Shown here piece after piece: positions 45,204-49,259 of a stretch of 49,259 nt of DNA. The stretch is from Candidatus Woesearchaeota archaeon (GTDB lineage Archaea; Nanobdellota; Nanobdellia; Woesearchaeales; JAGGZC01), in contig JAGGZX010000085.1 of assembly GCA_021161785.1 (NCBI GenBank), positions 1-49,259 on the forward strand. Direction: 5' to 3'. The notes under the pieces were generated by a model. It had not been told where the DNA came from. It saw nothing but the letters and a program-made list of their open reading frames with translations, and did no database searches. A program made the position numbers and the translations under genes. How positions within the stretch are numbered: position 1 is the first letter of the stretch; every line of letters starts with the position of its first letter.

Positions 45204-45931
45204 GATTTATCACCTTGACTTGCAATTTTTTCCTCACTTCTTTGTTCTTTACTTTGTTCTTTACTTGCGTTTGCTTGAACTTTGTTTTCTTTCACAGGTT
45301 TTTCTTGCTTGCCTTGTGCTTGTTGTTTTTCTTGTTGTTTGCTTTTCTCTTGTTTTTCTAGTTCTTGCTTTTGCGCTTGCTCTTTAACTGCTTGCTCTTT
45401 AACTTCCTCTTGCTTTTCTCCCTGCTTTCCTTGAACTTCTTGCTTTGCTTGAACTTGTTTTTCTCTTTGCTTTTTCTTCACTTCCCTTTTCACTTCTTGC
45501 TTGAATTCTAAACCTTTAACAACAACTTCTAAGTGTGTGCGCTTTGCTTGACGCCTAGTGAAGCGTCCATACTTGTAAGGCCTTGACGCCTTGTTAGCAG
45601 CTAGGTGTATGATCTGTAAAGATTCTAAGCCTTTAGCTAGAGCGTTAGCCTTAACTTCTAACAGTAATTTTAACAAGTATTTTGAAACCTTTACAGGGTA
45701 CTTGCCAGAGCCAATGCCTGGCTTGTGACCAGTGCCTTCAGTAAACCTTGTGAACGGGACTGCACGCTTCTTAGCAATCACTTCTTCAACAATAGTTATT
45801 GCCTTGTCAAGGTCTTTGAACTTTTTAACAAACTTGCAAACCTCTATAGCTTGCTTTGTTGATATAGGCAGAGCTATTGCTTTCGCCCTTGCCATTGTCT
45901 TACTGTCAAAGCTTTGAAACGCGTAACGCAT
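45200..45931 (-). CDS. rpl22: 50S ribosomal protein uL22 with ~100-aa K/E/Q-rich C-terminal tail
   Basis: ARAKAIALPISTKQAIEVCKFV...HLEVVV core, plus its position in the cluster. Confidence 0.9.
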   Translation of the reverse strand: MRYAFQSFDSKTMARAKAIALPISTKQAIEVCKFVKKFKDLDKAITIVEEVIAKKRAVPFTRFTEGTGHKPGIGSGKYPVKVSKYLLKLLLEVKANALAKGLESLQIIHLAANKASRPYKYGRFTRRQAKRTHLEVVVKGLEFKQEVKREVKKKQREKQVQAKQEVQGKQGEKQEEVKEQAVKEQAQKQELEKQEKSKQQEKQQAQGKQEKPVKENKVQANASKEQSKEQRSEEKIASQGDKS

Positions 45932-45961
45932 CGTAACACCTTGAATCTTTATGAACTATTT

Positions 45962-46339
45962 TTACTTAACACTTATGTGCTTCGTGCTTCTAGTAGCTCC
46001 AACGCCTGGAGCGCTGTGTTGAACCCTCTTCCTAGTCATAGCAAACTCTCCTAAGCGGTGGCCAATCATTTCAGGCATTATAGTTATAGGAACAAACTCT
46101 TTCCCATTGTAAACCCTAACTGTTTTTCCAACCATTGAAGGTAACACAACCATTGCGCGAGCATGTGTTTTAACATTGTCTTTCTTCTCAAGTTTTTCCA
46201 ACAATTTCTTCTCAACATGCGTTAAGCCCCTCTTCAACTTGCGCCTAGCTCTAGAGTCTAAAAGCTCTGCAACCTGGTTTAAATCCATCTCCTTTAACTG
46301 TTGCAACGTGTAACCCCAAAACAAAAACTCTTTCGCCAT
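45962..46339 (-). CDS. rps19: 30S ribosomal protein uS19
   Basis: [38 protein letters not shown] 46339 lies 6 nt after the SD GAGGTG. Confidence 0.9.
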   Translation of the reverse strand: MAKEFLFWGYTLQQLKEMDLNQVAELLDSRARRKLKRGLTHVEKKLLEKLEKKDNVKTHARAMVVLPSMVGKTVRVYNGKEFVPITIMPEMIGHRLGEFAMTRKRVQHSAPGVGATRSTKHISVK

Positions 46340-46353
46340 GAATAGCACCTCAA

Positions 46354-47064
46354 TCAGCGCTTACCAGTGCGTCTAGGATGTAATTTACCAACCTTTCTTC
46401 CTGGAGGAGCGTTCTTAGGAGCAATGGTGGGCCTGCCTTTATGGCTACTCCTAGTGCCGCCGTGAGGGTGGTCAACAGCGTTCATTGCAACGCCGCGAAC
46501 TCTTGGGTAAAGCTTGTTCTTTGACTTTTTAATATGGTAAGCCTTTCCAGCTTTGACGAGCGGTTTTTCTAAACGCCCACCGCCAGCAACAACACCGATC
46601 ATTGCTCTACATTTTGGTTGGAAAACTTTTTTCTTCTTGCTAGGGAGTTCTACAACAACGCCTTCACGTGTTTTAGCAACAATCCTTGCAAACCCTCCTG
46701 AAGCTCTCACGAACTTGCCGCCGTCACCAGGCATTTTCTCAATGTTGAATATTAAACTACCTTCAGGAATGTTTTCTAAAGGCAGAGCATTACCTATTGC
46801 TAAGCTTGCTGAAGCACCGATTTCAAGCACTGCACCAACTTTTAAACCTTCAGGAGCTATGAGTAATCCTTTCTTGTTGTTATCATACAAAACCTCTGCT
46901 AACGGTGCTGAGTGAATCGCGTCACGGTAAATGTCAACAACTCTCGCTCTTATTAATTCATCACTCATTGCAGGGAGCTTTGCAAACCCTGCAAACCTAA
47001 AGCTAGGCACCCTGTAAGTAGGGCTTCCTTTGCCACGCCTTTGCTGGATAAGGTTTTTACCCAT
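46354..47064 (-). CDS. rpl2: 50S ribosomal protein uL2
   Basis: [14 protein letters not shown]...[17 protein letters not shown]. Confidence 0.95.
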   Translation of the reverse strand: MGKNLIQQRRGKGSPTYRVPSFRFAGFAKLPAMSDELIRARVVDIYRDAIHSAPLAEVLYDNNKKGLLIAPEGLKVGAVLEIGASASLAIGNALPLENIPEGSLIFNIEKMPGDGGKFVRASGGFARIVAKTREGVVVELPSKKKKVFQPKCRAMIGVVAGGGRLEKPLVKAGKAYHIKKSKNKLYPRVRGVAMNAVDHPHGGTRSSHKGRPTIAPKNAPPGRKVGKLHPRRTGKR

Positions 47065-47097
47065 GATCACGCCCCTTAAAATTTGTATGAATCAAAC

Positions 47098-47346
47098 CTA
47101 TACAAATCCAAGCTTTGAAGCAATGTCAAACGCGTTATGCTCTGGAGCTAATTGAATAATAGCTTTCTTCTTACCCTTAGGAGTTATTAAAGTGTTAACC
47201 TTCACAACTTTAACGTTAAAGTATTCTTCAACAGCTCTTGCAATTGATCGCTTGTCAGCTTTTAAATCAACGAAAAACACTAGCTTGTTCTCTTTCTCAG
47301 CTAAGCGTAAACCTTTCTCTTTAACCCAAGGGTGTAGCAAAACCAT
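47098..47346 (-). CDS. rpl23: 50S ribosomal protein uL23
   Basis: Located between uL4 and uL2. KLVFFVDLKADKRSIARAVEEYFNVKVVKVNT. Confidence 0.9.
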   Translation of the reverse strand: MVLLHPWVKEKGLRLAEKENKLVFFVDLKADKRSIARAVEEYFNVKVVKVNTLITPKGKKKAIIQLAPEHNAFDIASKLGFV

Positions 47347-47371
47347 TTTTTAACACCTTTCAATCTTTCTT

Positions 47372-48316
47372 TTAATCTTTCAAATCTGCTTTCAAATCTG
47401 GATTGTTAACGCTAACTGTTTTTACTTGTTTCTGCTTTGAAACAATTTCCACCAGTCGTTGCAATTTTTTAAGTTTTAAAACACTGGTTAGCGAGTTCAA
47501 CCACTTAGTTATTAAACCGTTAGGCATTGTTAAAGCTTTAAACGCTGACTCTGTTAGGAGTATAATCCTTCCTGGATGACAACCAGGAGCTAGTAATTCA
47601 GTGTTAAGGTTTTGTAACAAGCAAACATCAACGCCTTGAATGTTTTGCAAAGCTTTCATTACAGGGCAAGGCTTGCTAAGCACTACTAATAACGATTTTT
47701 TAACCTTGTAACGCCTGCCGCGAAGCTTTCCCTTACCAGCTCTTATTTTTTTAACACTAGCTCTTTCAAGTTCTTGCTCAAAACCAAGCGCTTTTAAAAC
47801 TTTTAACGCTTGACTTGTTTTTTCAATGCTTTCAAAATCATCAACCACAAGCACAGGGTAATGTTCTGGAAGCTTGTGACCTCTAAGCTTTACAATTTCA
47901 GGATTGAAACTTGCTGAAAACGCTGAGAGTAAAGCTTTAACTCTTTCCTTCTTGTTTAGCTTCCAAGCAAATTTTTTCTCAGGCTTTGGAGGGTGAGCTT
48001 TTCTGCCGCCGACAGTGCCAGGAGCGAAAGCGCCAACCCAGTAAAACTGTGAACCCCTCCGGGATAATATCTTCCTAGGCACTCTTGAAATGCCGTAACC
48101 ATAACCTGTCTTGTAATCCCTACGCCTTCTTGAAAGCTTTGCAGAAGCTTGACCAGCATCTTCAAAAGCACCGTAAGGCTGCCTCTTATGGCTTTGAATA
48201 GCAAGCACTGCTTTCTTTATTAAATCCTGTCTCACAGGCTGGAGCAATGCTTCAGGCAATGGAAGTTCTTTCAATGCTTGTCCTTCCAAATTTTTAAGCA
48301 CAACTTTCAAAGCCAT
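47372..48316 (-). CDS. rpl4: 50S ribosomal protein uL4 with C-terminal extension
   Basis: KRQPYGAFEDAGQASAKLSRRRRDYKTGYGYGISRVPRK. ATG 48316 lies 7 nt after the SD AAGGTG. Confidence 0.9.
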   Translation of the reverse strand: MALKVVLKNLEGQALKELPLPEALLQPVRQDLIKKAVLAIQSHKRQPYGAFEDAGQASAKLSRRRRDYKTGYGYGISRVPRKILSRRGSQFYWVGAFAPGTVGGRKAHPPKPEKKFAWKLNKKERVKALLSAFSASFNPEIVKLRGHKLPEHYPVLVVDDFESIEKTSQALKVLKALGFEQELERASVKKIRAGKGKLRGRRYKVKKSLLVVLSKPCPVMKALQNIQGVDVCLLQNLNTELLAPGCHPGRIILLTESAFKALTMPNGLITKWLNSLTSVLKLKKLQRLVEIVSKQKQVKTVSVNNPDLKADLKD

Positions 48317-48329
48317 AAGCAACACCTTT

Positions 48330-49259
48330 CTATTTAACAATTCTTGAAATCGTTAAAGGTTCTTGCTTTTTAGGAGTTAAAGTTAAAACTACCTGCCTCT
48401 TAGCAGGTCCTGGAACACTTCCAGCTATTAAAACATAATTGTTACGGATAACGCCGTACTTGTGAAAGCCAGACGCAGGTGTTACAGCATTAGCGTCATC
48501 TCCAACCATTAACACTAACTTGTTACGCTCAGTTCGTAAATGAAAACCATGCTGCCCAGCTTTCGCAACCCGCCACATGATCTTGCCTTGAGCATTCCAA
48601 GGACCAAGGCTTCCAGGAGCTCTCCTGCCTTTCTCGCTTTTATGCTGTTTCAAGCTAATGCCGAAGCGCTTGACAGGTCCTTGAAAACCTTTACCCTTAC
48701 TAACAGCGTGCACGTCAACAAACATTCCAGGTTGAATAACATCTTTCACGCTTATGAAAGGTTTTTCTAAAACATTGCTTAGGTTTTCAGGTAAAACTTT
48801 AAACTCTAAAAGTTCAGGCGTCTTCTTCCAAAACTTTGAAAGGTCACTGTACATGACAACGCCTATTAAAGGAATGTTCTCACCTTTTTCTTGAACGTGT
48901 TGAACATGCTGCTTTACATCATCAACTGATTGCAATTTTTTAACCTTGGAAACCTTTCTTGAAAGCAACTTGTCAAGTGAAATCACGAACTCCTTAGTAA
49001 TTGTTAACCCGTTAATCGTTGCCTTGTAAAACCTAACACTGTAAACCTTCATGTTAGGAGCTTCTAAAACAGTTACTGGAATACTGATTTCTAAGCCTTT
49101 AGTCATAGAGTTTTTCCTGTTATCAACTGCTAAAACATGAAGCATTCCAGCCTTGTAAGTTAAAAACCCTGCTAAAGCATTGACAGTTGCGTAACGCCAA
49201 CTCCTAAGGCGCGGTGTTAACTTCTTAGCGCGCTTTCTAGGCCAAAACTGCATGCTGCC
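48330..49259 (-). CDS. rpl3: 50S ribosomal protein uL3 (5' end probably cut by the window edge)
   Basis: FWPRKRAKK...GKGFQGPVKRFG. The six nt upstream of the first Met read in frame as G-S, giving GSMQFWPRKRA, which resembles the usual archaeal RRGSLAFSPRKRA. The real start is therefore probably beyond 49259. Confidence 0.9.
   Translation of the reverse strand, partial: GSMQFWPRKRAKKLTPRLRSWRYATVNALAGFLTYKAGMLHVLAVDNRKNSMTKGLEISIPVTVLEAPNMKVYSVRFYKATINGLTITKEFVISLDKLLSRKVSKVKKLQSVDDVKQHVQHVQEKGENIPLIGVVMYSDLSKFWKKTPELLEFKVLPENLSNVLEKPFISVKDVIQPGMFVDVHAVSKGKGFQGPVKRFGISLKQHKSEKGRRAPGSLGPWNAQGKIMWRVAKAGQHGFHLRTERNKLVLMVGDDANAVTPASGFHKYGVIRNNYVLIAGSVPGPAKRQVVLTLTPKKQEPLTISRIVK

Overview
AT-rich archaeal chromosomal segment, not a mobile or accessory island. 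The call rests on a group II chaperonin, a histone, an Sm protein, Spt4/Rpo7, e-type ribosomal proteins, TTTAAAA-type TATA boxes and GGAGGTG-type Shine-Dalgarno sites. Minus strand 33.2-49.3 kb holds the canonical archaeal ribosomal-protein supercluster: uL3 (cut by the window edge), uL4, uL23, uL2, uS19, uL22, uS3, uL29, aIF1/SUI1, RNase P Rpp29, uS17, uL14, uL24, eS4, uL5, uS14, uS8, uL6, eL32, eL19, uL18, uS5, uL30, uL15 and SecY. These are followed by RNase Z and eS1 (S3Ae). The 21-33 kb region holds more information-processing genes: Sm, tRNA-Leu(UAA), IleRS, eS8, LemA, eS27ae(eS31)/eS24/Spt4/CBS/Rpo7/PIN, an XPD helicase and a signal peptidase. The left third (0-21 kb) is the less ordinary part. 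It holds a K/E/Q-rich coiled-coil protein, RtcA, a His-rich orphan, the thermosome, a DUF763 gene translationally coupled to a 474-aa tandem-repeat protein, and an 8.3-kb locus encoding a 2226-aa secreted giant protein ATGA-coupled to a 537-aa membrane-anchored surface protein. It also holds a UPF0282-like MBL-fold hydrolase, a PfkB kinase, a NurA-like nuclease behind a histone gene, and a 350-aa orphan. I saw no CRISPR array, transposase, integrase or rRNA. The giant surface-protein pair is the best candidate for an undescribed system. Secondary candidates are the DUF763/repeat-protein operon, the K/E/Q-rich tails on many ribosomal proteins (two tails share an identical 21-nt segment) and an internally duplicated membrane protein overlapping the S3Ae gene. 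Several ORF-track starts were revised by hand where a GTG/TTG pseudo-start lies inside the SD of a nearby ATG. A small-genome, DPANN-like lineage is only an inference from composition and gene content.
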